From positions 62,001-126,000 of the forward strand of contig RBZT01000781.1 of NCBI GenBank assembly GCA_003693705.1: DNA of 64,000 bases, given 5' to 3'. The stretch's first letter is position 1, and each line of letters opens with the position of its first letter. This document shows, one piece after another, positions 23,568-39,400 of the stretch. Position numbers and translations under genes: made by a program. Below the pieces are notes generated by a model that had not been told where the DNA came from, did no database searches, and saw nothing but the letters and a program-made list of their open reading frames with translations. This stretch comes from Polymyxa betae A26-41 (lineage: Eukaryota > Protista > Endomyxa: Phytomyxea).

Positions 23568-24577
23568 ATGTGTCGGCGTCGTTGTGCTTACGTCTGGGTC
23601 GGAATCACAGGAATCCTGCTCTGGGCCACTTTGATCGCCATTACCTTCCTAGTGCCCATCTCCAATCATGTGCGGTTGATTATCTGCTTGCTGGTCACGT
23701 TCACCTATCTAATCCCGTTCGTCCTGTACCGGGTCCAGTTTCGAAATCGTCGACAAGATCAGGCTCCAGTGCAGTCGTCATGTAAAGAATTTGTTGATGC
23801 AGTAATTGGAAGTCATCATGCAGCACATTATCATGCGTTCTTTCCTGCTTTGACGTCATATTTAGCTTCGGGCTTGCCGACAACCAGCTCATTTAGCGGT
23901 GGTCAATACCTACTTTGGACAGGGACGTATGCTCGCGAAATTCATCGTCGAGGTGGCATATGCACCTCGGGTCACAGCCACTCGTTAGAACTTCTAATTC
24001 AGATGTCGAAAGGTTTCATAACGGGTTATGGCTCCATGAGCAACATGCCCTGTGATGTTGAAGGCGGCTATACCGATTTCACCAACAACCGGGTCCTGGT
24101 TGCACTCTCATTACGATTTAAAGATTATGTTTGTGAATTACGAGGATTATTTGATGGCGATTTCTCTCTGGGCATGAGAGGAATATGGTCAATAGCTCAC
24201 CATCGTCGAGGGTGGTGGCGATCATGGCCTATCTGCATCGATCCACAGAACACGACACGGTTATATACATGTTATGATATATCGAATGATTGCACGGTTT
24301 GCTTCGAACGGAAATCCACCGTAGCTTGCCTTCCTTGTGGACATGTTATCGCATGCAACAAGTACATCGAAGAAACCTCTAAGAATCCATCGGACTGATT
24401 TTTTGTTTTCGTAGGTGCCTTTCTATGGTGATGCTGTGCCCCGCGTGTCGAAGGCCTATCTCGCGATTGGCGGCTCTTGAAGGTCAAGGCCTTGACCTGC
24501 ACATACACTCATCGGTGCTAGAGTTTATCCCAACATCGGCATCGTCTTACTCAGAATCGAGCGATGTTCAAGTGTGA
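23568..24577 (+). CDS. Two-TM C3HC4 RING finger protein (putative E3 ligase)
   Basis: Two N-terminal TM helices; CTVC...LPCGHVIACNK|CLSMVMLCPACR completed by one intron near 24362-24414. Confidence 0.82.
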
Positions 24578-24862
24578 GAACCTGACCTGTTCAGCATGAA
24601 CACGAATATCTAAAAGCGAGTCAATTCTCGTGCAGAACGTCTAGGGAAAATGCCCTTCTCTTCCCTTTTTAATATATATCTTCAGATTATTCTTACTAAG
24701 TTCCGTCCGTATTATCAATTCTGAGCAGTCTGTGAAGATATTCAATTGGAAGTTGCTACGCGATATATTCAACAAAGAACTGTGTGAGTAAGCCTTCTAA
24801 GCTCTATTAACGTAAGACGTTAAGTGCGCTCACTGACATTGTGTATTGACGTTTGTACTGCC

Positions 24863-26066
24863 ATGACGAAGGCGTTCCAAGCCTTCGTCCTTTTGGGGAT
24901 CACTGTTCTCTATGCTTCGCAAGCGTTTGCCGCCGGCAAAGCCATGGTTTGGCTTCGATTGTGGAAGTGGTCGATCTCTAAGAATGACATCCAGAGTGGC
25001 CAGCGCAAGCTCTCCTTTATGAAAGCTGAGAGCGCGGCTTCGAAATCACACGTCGTTCATTTCGACAAAACTAGCTTTATTGTATAATTTCGAACCATAC
25101 AGTGGTAAGTTGGCTAAAATTCTCTTTAGGAATATGTTATCAATGGGCCCCGACCATACCATTTAATTGTTCTGTTCACAGCTTTGGACAGAAAAATTGA
25201 TTGCGTGGCATGCAGGTTTGTCAAATTCGAATTTGTCCACGTCTCTTACCTGCTCTAGGTCCATAAATGACAATGAGTTAAAGCCATTTGCACAAGCTGT
25301 TTACTCAGCCTCGTTGAAAGCTGCGGACCCAGTATTTGTTGTTGAAATGGATTACTCGCACAAGGACGTTCGAGACCTCTTTATGATGCTGGATTTGAGC
25401 AACGTCCCATCTATGGTTTATGTTCCAGCAGATGAAGACATATCTGTTCCGAAACCGGAGACGTTCCTGAAAAAGATACCGGATCGCAATCGATTCGAGT
25501 TCAACACACGTGGATTTAAAGCCCAGACAATTCTTGACTGGGTGAACTCAAAAGTCGATCTAGACGCCCAAATTGTTACGCCAATCGATTGGAATGAAAT
25601 TATAACCACTATCGGAACACCATTGGTGGCGCTTGTTTTCACGCTGTACTTTCTCGGGCCATACATCTGGGCAGTTCGCAAAGTCACCAAGATTTATCTG
25701 TTTGGATCGTTTGCTGTCTATCTCTTCTGTGTATCAGGTGGCATGTACAACATTCTAAAGAACACTCCATGGGTTCACATTGACCAAAATGGTGTCTCGT
25801 ATATGCATGGTGACAGCGGCTGGCAGCTCGGCTCTGAATCGTACATCTGTGGTGGAGCGCAGCTCCTTCTTGGCATAATATTGATCTTTCTCAGTACTAC
25901 GGCTGTTGAATTCAAGAGAGAGTCAGTGCGGCAGACTTTCGTTGCAGTTTCGATTCTGCTCAGCTTCTATGTCTGGTATTTAATCCGATGGCTGGTTTCA
26001 CAGAAGATGCATGGATACAATCACGGCTGGGTCTATGATTGGTTGCAGTTCGTGCGACAACCATAA
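24863..26066 (+). CDS. Oligosaccharyltransferase subunit OST3/OST6 (MAGT1/TUSC3 family)
   Basis: Signal peptide; GPRPYHLIVLFTAL...CVAC thioredoxin motif; SGGMYNILKNTP, QLGSES; four TM helices. Confidence 0.9.
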
Positions 26067-26102
26067 GAACTTTTCTGCCTTAGCGCATTACATAAACCGA
26101 AT

Positions 26103-26832
26103 TTATATTGTGTCAATAGCTTCGTCTAATTCGGTTAAGCTCAGCGACTTTCTGGGAGGATTTGAAGCGACCTGATCCCATTCAAACGTCGAATACTGAG
26201 CGACAAACTCTTCGTCAACACTTGCTATAATGACTTTCTTATTCACTGCAGTAGCTAACCGTCCAACTAACAATTAATTGAACAAATTGTGAAAACATTA
26301 CAGCAAAAAAACAACCTGTGATCAAGTCAAGGATATCTAGCGGTTGATCAAATCCATGAACAAGAACAATATAGCTATGGTTGTGATTACTGGAAAATTG
26401 TTACATTAAACAAACATTACCTAGAATGGACTGTTCCTGGTGCTTTTTGATACACAAGCATGTCGCCGCCGAATTTCATTCCAGATGTGACCCACATTCC
26501 GCGCTCCCATAAGTCTTCAAACACTCTTTGGAATAAAGATCGCCTGACTGGAGTCGAAGAAGACGCTAGTTTCAGCCAACCTTTATCCAATGCTAAGTTG
26601 GCTTCTTCACAGGTAAGAATTGCCGAAATAACATATTCCTTAGGAAGGCGAGGATCCGATTCTAATGCAAGTTTATATATGGAACGAACCGTTATAGCGC
26701 AAAGGGACCTGGCACAGAACCTCCTCCGAGACGATTTCTACGAAGGCGCTGAGCTTGATCGGGTCCCGTTATCACCACCCCGCTACCGTCGCTGAACGCC
26801 CTGCCGACCACGACCTCTTCACCATCAGCCAT
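26103..26832 (-). CDS. TSEN34: tRNA-splicing endonuclease catalytic subunit Sen34, 195 aa, 4 exons
   Basis: Introns 26662-26708, 26375-26420 and 26267-26315 give VFEDLWERGMWVTSGMKFGGDMLVY...HSSY...GRLATAVNKK...YSTFEW with the Tyr/His/Lys triad. Confidence 0.9.
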
Positions 26833-27188
26833 CACAATAGAAACTGCGCCTCGTCAGCGCCGATCAGATCGCCAGGCGCCCAGGCCAACCGTCTATCGGA
26901 TTCCCACCGAATCCAGGGAATTCGTAAAGCAACGGATGCAGGCCGGCTCGATGCAGGTATGATGATGAAGGAGCCACGTCATCGATGGGAAGGAGAGGCC
27001 CCCCATGTAACGTAATCGACTCAATTCTAGAACTTGATAGAAAGAGAGTGAGTGGTGAGGGTTCCCGCGAGACACGACGGAATCTCGGTAGTTCTAACAG
27101 ACGAGGGACGTCGCAACCACCAGAAATCGTTCAGCGAAGAGGATAGGCAGTCGCCGCACGCAACTGCGTCACTTGATCTCATCTCGTG

Positions 27189-29025
<1,837 letters not shown>

Positions 29026-29092
29026 TTTATCGCTGTTTTTACTTAACATTTATCAATCCGAAGATTTTAAATAGATGCTCTAGTTTCCTGTA

Positions 29093-30003
29093 CTATCTTG
29101 GCTTCAATAGAACGAGGACGATAACGATTGGGGTCATAATAAGGAATGCAACAAAAACCGCTCGCCATCCACAACAAGGACGACGCTGCGATCGTTGCTC
29201 CGCTTTCTGGAGCGCTTCAGTCCCCTTCTTTGTACGATCTGCTATTTTAGCTGTATTCTTTTCAATTTCCTGATTAAACTGAGAACGCTGCATCTGAATA
29301 GCAGATTAGAAACCTTACTTGAAGGATATCGCGTTGCTTGTTGGTCAGGTACTTCATATCTTGATAGATCTCTGCTAAGTCAGCTGCGTCTTGTTGGATT
29401 CTCTTCACTGCTTCATGTTTGTCAATCACCTCAATGACGCAATCGGATACTTCTGCACTGAATCTTGGGTTGATTTCTATCTAAATGCAGATATATATCG
29501 TCATACCTGGGAGCATTGGCCGCTTTCTGTTGCATCTGCTGAAGCTCCAGTCTTACCCTATCGTTATCGGCATCGTTTTCCAGTTTTGGTGTCCCGCCAA
29601 TGTCTTCGAGCTTCTTCATCCTTTGATTCACATTCTGTGCTATTCGAATCTAACTTACATCAGCGAACTTCCAATGAAAACCAGTCGAGCAGCATACCTG
29701 CTCTCTCCAGTTTTTGAGCAATAAATCTCGCTCTGGGCCTTGAGGAGCAGTTTTCAAAACGTCCTGTAGAGAATGGCATCGGTCTGTTAGTGTTTCAACA
29801 GCTGCAATAACAGCTCCATAATCGCCAGGAGAATGCGATTGCAGCCAGCGACAGAGCGATACAGCCACAGGGTCCTGATCAGCTTTCAAGCTCTTAAGCA
29901 GATCGTCATTGAGAGTGCCATGGTTCTCTATGGCGTTCAGGATCGAGCTCAGAGCGTTAAAGAGGATTCCGGCATGGTGTAGAATGCGATGGGCACCATC
30001 CAT
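29093..30003 (-). CDS. Syntaxin-family Qa-SNARE
   Basis: Spliced SNARE motif AVKRIQQDAADLAEIYQDMKYLTNKQRDILQEIEKN...GTEALQKA followed by a C-terminal TM anchor. Confidence 0.78.
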
Positions 30004-30510
30004 CAATGAATGTAAAGGTGACCATCAGTGTGACGAGATACCCTTTTGCTATATGGGTTTTATTCGAACTTTTTTATTGTTGAGTATTTCGCCGGAAAAA
30101 AAAATACGTTTACATATAATAACGAATGGATTGTGACAGAATGCAAGAAGAAACAGCGAAATGAAAAATGATAAAAAGCATTGTTAGCTGCATAATTACA
30201 ACAAAACTGCTCACTAGCAAAGCTTCATAAATAAACCTTAGAATTTCCATTTTGTTAAGCTTGTTTGCTGTTATTCAATATGTATTGGAAGGGCTTCTAA
30301 AAAAATTATAACGGAATTTTCTTTTATTTTTTCTTTCCGCACTTGACATTTCCACTTCGACTTTATAGCGGGCTCGAAAGGCCATTGCTTGATTGGCCTT
30401 TATTAGTACCCCCTTTTGTGTCAAGATTGGAGTCGTCCCAAGTCTGCACAGGTACGTTGACCGCTTATACAGCTGCCCGTTGTGAATTAAAGGACCCTTG
30501 ATATCTCATC

Positions 30511-32316
30511 ATGGGTAAGAAATCAAGGTTAGGATCGCCATGCTTTCAAGCGATTTGATTCTGACTCTGATTATAGAACTAAGGATCGGATGCATATGAC
30601 AGGTTAGAGCATCGATTCTGATTGTATTGCCCACGCTGATATCGTATGGATAGCATCCGAATGGGCTCGCGAGTTCGGTGGCTATAAAGCAGGCGCGGGT
30701 CGAGCATCGTCAGCGAAATATCTGCCTTTTGACCATTGTGCCATGACTTTGACACCGTTTTCTGATCCCGTCTGTACGAGAGATGGCCTGGTGTTCGATA
30801 TTTCGTAAAATGTTTCACTTTCTTTTTTTCAAAACGTAAAATGATCTTTAGTAATATCGTCCCATACATCAAGAAACACGGAAAGAACCCTGTTACTGGC
30901 AATGATTTAGCTGTTAAAGATCTTATTATATTGCATTACCACAAGAATCCGTCAGGACAGTATCATTGTCCTCTCACATTCAAAGTGTTTAATTCGAATT
31001 CGCATATCGTCGCCAGTAACACTGTCTGTTCCTTTTTTTTCTGACAAATAACTGTGCTTGCAGTTGCATCGTCGGGCAATGTATTCGCGTACGATGCGGT
31101 CGAACAATTGAACTTAAAGCCCAAGATCTTCACCGATTTGATTACTGGCGAGAAATTCTCCAAAGACGATATTATCGTCTTACAAGACCCGAATGCCGAA
31201 CCTCGTCTTGTGGCGCCCGTGAAACCTGTCGAAGAAGCTCCCAAGACGGAACCCGCTTCTGCTGAATTTACGGGCAAACGTCTTCCTAAACGGCAACGTT
31301 CTGAACCTGATAATCCGGCACCCGAACCTGCGAAGAAAGACAAGTCCCAGAAACCTGCAACATACCATTTCAGTACAGGAGCGTGTTCAGCATCGTTCAC
31401 GTCGTCAGCCGTGTCTCTTCAGACTGTTAATGAGCTTGAGAAACTCACCGATGACGACCTGAGGGCGAGAAAATACGCCAAGCTTAAGGGGACCGACGCC
31501 AAAGCCTTTGTTCGGATCGCCACGAACAAGGGCCAGCTGAACCTGCAGCTCGATGCTGAACTGGCGCCGTTTGCATCCCACAATTTCGTGCTGCTGTGCC
31601 AGCAGGGATATTACAACAACGTCGTGTTCCATCGTTTGATCAAGAATTTCATGGTGCAAGGTGGCGATCCCACTGGGACTGGTGTTGGTGGTCAATCAGC
31701 CTGGAAACACGAATTCAGAGACGAAGTCAAAAATGGGCTTCGTCATGATGCTCGCGGGTATGCACTAACAAGGCGTCGTTCTGGAGGTTCCTATATCTTT
31801 GGTGTAGGGTGCTGTCTATGGCCAATGCTGGCCCAGATACGAACAAATCGCAGTTCTTTATTACGCTCAGGGCGACGCCGCATTTAGATGGGAAACATAC
31901 AGTGTTTGGCCGTCTCGTGGGCGGTCATGAAACTTTAGACAAAATTGGTAATATTGCTGCAAGAATTTGTTAGAGAGAAGACCTTCTTACGGTGAATAGA
32001 GGAGATTGCTGTGGATCGAGATGACCGGCCGGTCTCAGAGATTAAGATTATAAATACGGAAGTGTTTATGGATCCATTCAAAGAAATCATGGAAGGTGTT
32101 GAACCCGACTCGGCTGATAAACCGAAGCCGAAATCGAAAGATGATCAGGAATCCTATCTAGCCTACAGCGATCGTATGGTTGCTAAGGATCTTCCCACTG
32201 CAAGGTCCCGAGTTGGCAAATATATTAAGCAGACAGGAGACGAGGGCTTTGCCGTTCCCGACCGAATCGTATCCAGCCGGAAACCTACAGGTTATGGCAA
32301 CTTCGACAGTTTCTAA
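30511..32316 (+). CDS. PPIL2: U-box/RING-type cyclophilin PPIL2 (CYP60)
   Basis: [50 protein letters not shown] and [10 protein letters not shown]. Confidence 0.95.
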
Positions 32317-32782
32317 AATGCTCGTCACCGCTGTCATGCTCTGGCGGTCCCCAGCCTCTCCTTGCATGCACCATTGTATGTATTTATAAACATTCGACAA
32401 CAGCAAACGATAACGATGATAGCGTACCTAGCTCATGGTGTACTAAAAATTATATGGTGGAATCGAGAGGGCGCGAGGGTTTCGAATATCGCATCTAAAT
32501 GGCGTCGAAACAACCTGGATGAGTTCGCCCTGCCGTATTCTCCCATACAGATACGGAGAGGCTTACGGTAGTCGCCTAGTCGGTAGTACGTATCATCCCG
32601 CAGTATATTGTAACAGCGAACTTAAACCCTAACCTGTGTAACGTAAATGAAAAGAGAGGGACTGGGAGACGTGGCCCCCTGGTTTCTTCGAGAGTGACTG
32701 TAGTCACATGATCAATTTGGCTACACTTTGATGGTGATTGCCAGGCAATAGGGCTCGCTGTCACAGGTCGGTCTCATCGTCA

Positions 32783-34095
32783 ATGGTGTCGGCGTCGCTG
32801 GCGACTGATCCCCGTCACCGCTTGCCGGCTATCTTCTCTTGGCGTGGATGTCGTCGCCGCAAACGCCGATTGCACAGAGATGACCCAAAGCCGAGCGAGG
32901 TCGAACCGTCGACCGATCCCAAAAACCCGTTTTGCAAGCCCATTCTGAAGATGCATGACGATGACGAAGATGAGTCGTATATCGAAGGGTTAGCGCATCG
33001 GTTCCTGTTCCCGCCGCATGCTGCCAAGAATCCATTCATCTACAGGTCAAAGATGAGCTGCTCTCAGCTTCATGATGGCTGACTCTTCGACAGGGGATTC
33101 AAGGCGCCTTCAGATTGGACCGTGGCCTTGAACACATTATTCTATTGCGACAACGAGACCGCCAATGTGTATTCGTCGCTGTGGGGAGTGTTCCTGTTGG
33201 GTTTCCTCGCCATCAACGTTCTCGTAGCCGATCGTCCCGATTTCGACCCCACTGGACTGGTAGTACTCGCCCTCAATGACTGCGTTTCGCCATCGTGACG
33301 ATTGCTGCATCAGTTCATCGCTATGATGCTATTCGTTGGGAACATCGTCTTAACATCGGCCTACCATCTATTCAATCAAGTAATGCGAAACTTTTTTCGA
33401 ATGACGCTTTCATTTAGCTGGTTATTTTCGATTCTTTTCCTGAACAATGACTCAAATTGAATACTCCAGGTGCCGCATCTTTATACGATTTGGACGACTT
33501 TGGATTTCGCGGGAATCAACTTGGTTAGCATTTGCCATTGCCTTGATCACATTGTGAATTTTTTATAGGCGATCTGCTCCTTATCTTTTGCTATGTCTTG
33601 GTATGGATACAGTCTATGGCCAAGCGAGACATGGTATTACGAGTTCCTTGCCGTTTGTGGTCTAGCCATAATAGCAACGGCTGTATCTTCGACGTACCGG
33701 ATTGCAACCGATCACGATACCTTCATTCTGCAGCCTGTGAATATAGCCGCTTTGGTTTTGGTTCTGAGAACGTTCTTCTTGACGATGCCAGCTACCTCAA
33801 GGAGTACTTGCTTCGTTAGCTTTATGTTGATCGGTGCACTTATACATGTAATGGCTCTGGAACTGCAATCGCTCAGTTTTAAATGGGATACTAGGTGACT
33901 AAGATCCCCGAGCGATGGTTCCCAGGGCAGTTCTGTTTCATTGGTCATTCACATATGATCTGGCACTGCAGCTATACGATTGCTTTCTATTGTTTTTATT
34001 CTTGCATCGCCCGTGAAAAATTGGGCCCTGGCAGTCTCTGGGATGAATCGATATTCGAATTTATTGATCACTCGATGCCATCGTTTCAGAACTGA
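32783..34095 (+). CDS. PAQR/adiponectin-receptor (haemolysin-III) family protein
   Basis: NPFIY.G, NETANVY, AYHLF and KIPERWFPGQFCFIGHSHMIWH; multiple TM helices and introns. Confidence 0.88.
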
Positions 34096-34220
34096 GCTAT
34101 CCTCAAAGTTAATCAATTGTCTTATTTACATGGTTGGCTTGATAGTATATAAATTTCTAACCCCTCGATTAAATTGTAATTCATTTATTCGGATTGAAAT
34201 ACTGAAGGATCTCTGTACTG

Positions 34221-34675
34221 TTAATTATTGATGATACCTTCAGCAAACTCATCGATTTGCTTCAACATGGTCAAATCCTGCACAAAAATGTGAGCGGAGC
34301 ACCGGTATGAAAGAAGATGCTCTACATTAGTAGATAGGCCATTACAATCATGAGTCGTCAACGTGATATCAACAGTGTTATAGCAGTTGAACCATTCAGG
34401 ATGATGGTTCATTTTCTCGGCCAGCAATGCGATTCTGTTTCACATCATATTTGTGACAACAGAAATCCTGCAACTCGAACAGACCTGGACATGAACCCGA
34501 ACGCCGTATTGAAATCGACGAATCGGAACTGCTTCCGAATCGCATCGCGCCCTTCTACTTGGGCCCACGATTCCGGCAGCTGACGACGCTGGTCGCTCGT
34601 TAGTGGCTTTGGCGATGAGGATATCAGTCGCCGGCCCAGTCCGGACGGCGTTCCCATCCAGCGACGCAACACCAT
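34221..34675 (-). CDS. PCBD: Pterin-4-alpha-carbinolamine dehydratase
   Basis: [23 protein letters not shown] and [25 protein letters not shown]. Confidence 0.95.
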
Positions 34676-34829
34676 CTCCGTCGAATGTTTGAGTGTTTGA
34701 CAAAGTTCGGCTGCGTCGTCCTCATATACCTAACTTCATTCTTCTATCAATCGTGTTTCCAGGGACAATTCGATTTTTTTTTGAAGTTTATGGCTTTGCG
34801 GGCTGCGCAATTCCATTCTGAAATCTATC

Positions 34830-35750
34830 ATGACGTCGTTGCCGCCTCTCTGGAAGCGGACAGATAAGCATGTCCAGAAAGATATTGCCTTCCAGGTTTA
34901 CGAATCTGCTAATGGGCTCCTTGAAGATGATGGTCCGCCGCTTACAGCAGAACAATACCTTCTTCAGGTTCGTCGAGAGTCGAAGCGATTGCCGAATGTC
35001 GTCCAGTGCAAGACGCGTCCACAATCGCCAGCCAGAACATCGAATCTGTCTTCGCTGTCGTTATTTTTTGTCCCGATGACGGATCAAGCTCTGCTTCCTA
35101 ATCCAGCCTGGGCGAACGAGTTTATCAAACAGTTTATTCGCTTGCGGTCGACTTTGAGTGAATTATCAGAACGGATTCCACTTCCGGTGCCCACTGAACA
35201 AAGGACGCCGCTACCACATCCGAACAATGTCAAAGCCTGGTGTCAACGGATGATGGACGAAAATCAACTTCCTATCCTTGCTGAGATTGTTAGAATAGGT
35301 CAGTGTTTGTTTGGAATCACTCACTCCCTTAGAACTTGAAAACCTGATTCTACTGCTGGCTGTTTCTAATTCTAATTTTCATGGTTAATGCTTAATCTAA
35401 TGTTTAATAGATCAGGTGAACACTCGGGCAGCATTGAAGCATCTTGTCGAGCTTGTTCGAGCTGATAACGAAAAAGATCTGCTGACATCGGTCATGGTGT
35501 GGCTTTGGGCATTGCTTATGCGCTTAGACGCGTTGCTTCTGCCAGATACTGCTGCCGTACTGAGGAATCTGTTCAGAGCACTGGCTACTCGTCGTTCCAT
35601 GATGGTTACAATATATCTCTCATTGTTGAGTACTTCTGATTTGTTAAGTGACAGGATGCTGATGATGACATGTTGGGCGCAGTCAATATTGCACTAACCA
35701 TAATCCATCGCGTGTTTGGTCAGTCGATCCCAATGAATGATAACAGATAA
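34830..35750 (+). CDS. GEMIN2: Gemin2/SIP1 (SMN complex)
   Basis: PPLTAEQYLLQVRRESKRLPNVV, WLWALLMRLD...LRNLFR and final-exon HRVFGQ. Confidence 0.88.
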
Positions 35751-36477
35751 TCTGACATTATTATGATGTTTATCGAATCTTTCTGAGAGAATTCAACTTG
35801 AAAATGGTTCTCCAGATAGTACAGGGACAGCTATTTATTGTCCAGTCGAATCCGGTTCTAATAAAAGCACCATTGATTTCAGTAGCACGAGACCTATGCA
35901 CAAATCCCTAGGACACTGCGAGGTCGCGAGGACCATAAAGCCGCTTGTAGAGTTACAGTACGCTTTAAATCTGCTTCGGCGTGATTCCACCGCAGTGAAG
36001 GGACGGCTACAGTGTAGAAAATGGGAGAAAAAATTCGAGATGAGCCTTTCGGTTTTGACCAAGTGACACAAATCCCAAAATACATCTACCTCCGAGAGCC
36101 TAGAACTTTCATTATAAATTTTTTACAAAGATTCGATCCATTGAAGCATCCATGATATAGAACGACAGTGAAATATAGAAAGTACAGGCACTGACTGAGA
36201 TATGACTTCAGAACAGCCGCTTGCAAATTTCCATTAATCGCGAAAAAACACCAAACTACCCCATTCTGACCATTGGGATCCCAGATTGTTACATGTCATT
36301 TGGATTCGGTCACGAAACACACTTTCAATCAATGGAATGCCTCGATCGCTTCCAAAGCTGACGTTACAGCAGCCATTGTCATTCCAAAACCGAGACTGGC
36401 GTTCCGGAGAATTTAAAAAACGCTTTAAAAATCGGCCGTGGCATCGGTCTATATTAGATAGATAGATACTCGTTTAA

Positions 36478-39400
36478 TCAATGAATTTTAGACGCAGTGC
36501 TGGGTGAGAATTTGCTTTGCAGATATTTGGCGATGCTGACAGGCAGTGTCGAGCAGCAAGTGATTAAAAACACCTTCCAAATGAACTCCCAGCTTCCAAC
36601 GAACATGACGTCGATTTGGGATTTTAACATTGTAAGAGAGAGTAGGTACAGAAGCAGTGATATTACTTCGCACATGACCATCGTTAAGGTCCAATGATGA
36701 ATCTCGAATGCGACATTAAGCAGTTCTGAGAGGATTAGAGACGTGAACGTGATAGCAACGACATTAATGAATTTGTCTTCGAATAAAACCATGCCCAACA
36801 GCATAATTATCGATCCTTGATAGACCGACTTTAAAACCCATATTAAAAATGTTTTATGGGACAACGGGCGACTTTTTTGTAGCTCCTGATAAAGCTCGGG
36901 ATACAGATTAACTACGCCTTCATCAACATCTTGGTCAAGAACTAGAGCGCATACAGGAAGTTGGGTAAAAGCGGTAGCGTAACCGACATACAGCCAACCT
37001 TTCAGAGCATGTTAAAAAAAGAATTTGAGCGAGCATTGGACTACCAGTGTATATAGGAATAGTGACCCAGTAAAATAATGAGGAAAACACAGCCTGAATC
37101 ACAGAGATAATAATACCGCGATGCATTACAAACTGACTCATTCGAGCACTCCTGTAATATGAGTTTCGTCCATGCCTGAGACTGGAATAAATCTCAGTAG
37201 CCAGACAGATCCAATAACAAACCATAAAATCAGCCTCTGGATAAAAGAAAACTGCATAATCGAGAAATCTGCTGCCAATGAAGCTTGTTTCCCTTCTTTG
37301 CCAACAATACCGATGCCGACATGTGCAGCCTAAATAGCCATGTGAGGACAGTAGCAACGATTCCACGAAGTCATACTTGAATCATGGAAACATCATTGCC
37401 ACCATCACCGATGGCAGCACACCTTTTTTTGGTATATTCTGCTACGAGATTGACAACCTGAGCCTTTTGTGTAGGCGAACAACGACAACAGATAACAGCC
37501 GGTGCTTGACAGGCCATCTCAATAAACTGTTTTGGAGTCCATTCTAACAGCAGAGCGAGAGTAGTGCCGTCTATAAGCACTGCAGTTGAGCTGGTTCTGG
37601 TTCCAAATAAATCCAACCGATGGCAAGCTTCGCGTCGACTAGATGCAATAATATGGAAAACCTGAATGCAACGTCAGCTACCGGTAACAAAACAGGCTGC
37701 CAAGATCGACCTGTTGGTTCCTATCTACAAGTCGAGCAGAGCGTCCGATACATTCTGCAGTTTCAGCTTTGTCTCCGGTTAGCATCCATACCCTTATACC
37801 AGCATTCCGCAATGTCTCAAGTGTGGTTTTTACCCCTGGGAAAATTCAGATAAATCGAAGTCAACGCATAAAGAAAATACCTGGCTGAAGTTTGTCCTCG
37901 ACACCAGTAACTCCATATAAGGAAAGGTTAATTTCAAGAATCTGAACAACGGCGCGAACAGCCGCATCTCGTCCACGAAGCTGAGCCCTCGCAATGTTGT
38001 ATTTCTGGGCCCAGGCCTCATATTCATCGTGTGATAGCGCCCTTCCTCCAAACACTAGCGTCCTTAAACCTTCCCTGGCCAGCTGTTCAACTTCTTCGTC
38101 CAACCAATCAGATTGTTCAACACGCGTTCTCATGACAGACTGTAGAACAAAGGTCAGAAATCATGTCAGAAAAAAAACGACCGTAAACCAGACCTCGGCG
38201 CCTTTCAAGTAGAAATAGATCTCCCCAGATAGCACCGATTTGACCACAATGCCCATCCGTTTGGTTTCGGATGTGAAAGGAAAAATGTTCAAAACTTCAT
38301 ACTCAAGCAGCTCGCTATTCGGTAAACGCAACGTGATTTGTTTTGGCGTTCTGGATTCCAACATAATTCCAAGCGATTCGACGAATTTCACAAGAGCGAC
38401 CTTGAATGAGGATTAACGAACACCGTACAGAACTGCAAGTTTTACCTCATCTGGTGACGAAGCTTGCAACGTTCTGTTGGACGAATCCGGGTCTACAACT
38501 GGTGTGACATTATGACACAGAGCAATGCCCAGAACGCAGGCTTGCAACGCTTTGTCTGCCTCAGCACGACGTCGCTTCTCGTATCTGGTAACTTCATCAA
38601 GATCAGAGGTGCTGTCGTCGCCGCCAAAGGATCGGCGAATAGCCTCCTTCGTAGCAGAGAGCGTCTCCGGGTGGTGTGACCACGGTGGTCGAAGTTGCAG
38701 CTTTTTAAATATCATGACTATAACAGTTTTGAGAACAATAGACGTCAATAAGCCAACCAGCAATCTCACCGTTCTGCGTTAGAGTTCCCGTTTTATCAGT
38801 GAAAAGATAAGATATCCGCCCCAACTCTTCAGGGATTGTAGAAGTTCGAACGACAGTATCTTCGATGTTTTTATCTACAAAACAATTAGGCACGAGATTT
38901 TCATTGAGCCGGCGACAAATGGACCTGTCATGATCTGGTAAGAATATAAAGTCTTTGCCATATCCAGGTTGACTCGAAGAGAAATGGGGATAATGGCAGA
39001 AAATAGGAGCACAAAGCGAAATAACACAATTGGCCACTGCCCATGCAGACCTGATTTTTGTCAAACAAGATCCGACGACATCAATAAAATAATCCGGAAA
39101 CCTTTCATAGTAACCATTACGAACGCCAAAATTATGGTCATGACGAAAAGCAACTTCGAAATCGAGTTGAGTTCGAGATCGACAAGGCCAATTTTCGTTG
39201 AAGGCGAGTTGGCATTCATGACAGCCCGAGTCTCGCTGCCTGTGTAAATAACGCAGCCAACAACAGAGCCTGTTGCGATGACCGTATTCGACCAAACAGT
39301 GTTTTCGAGATCCAAACTCTCAACTGGTGCCTCGGTTTCGCCGTGTTGGCCTTCGTTGGGCGAAAATGCACCAGCGAAGTCGTAGATAGCTTTACGAGGC

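Noticed and set aside
26460-27145. Plus-strand ORFs that can be spliced into a 3-exon gene
   Set aside because: Antisense to the clearly conserved TSEN34 and without recognisable motifs.
29321-29329. ATATCCTTC on the minus strand resembling a U12 AT-AC donor
   Set aside because: It lies inside the SNARE coding exon (RDILQ); a normal GTAAG donor follows.
35835-36385. Possible small multi-exon gene on the minus strand (MTMAAVTSALEAIE...)
   Set aside because: Could not build a unique consistent splice model or recognise a family.
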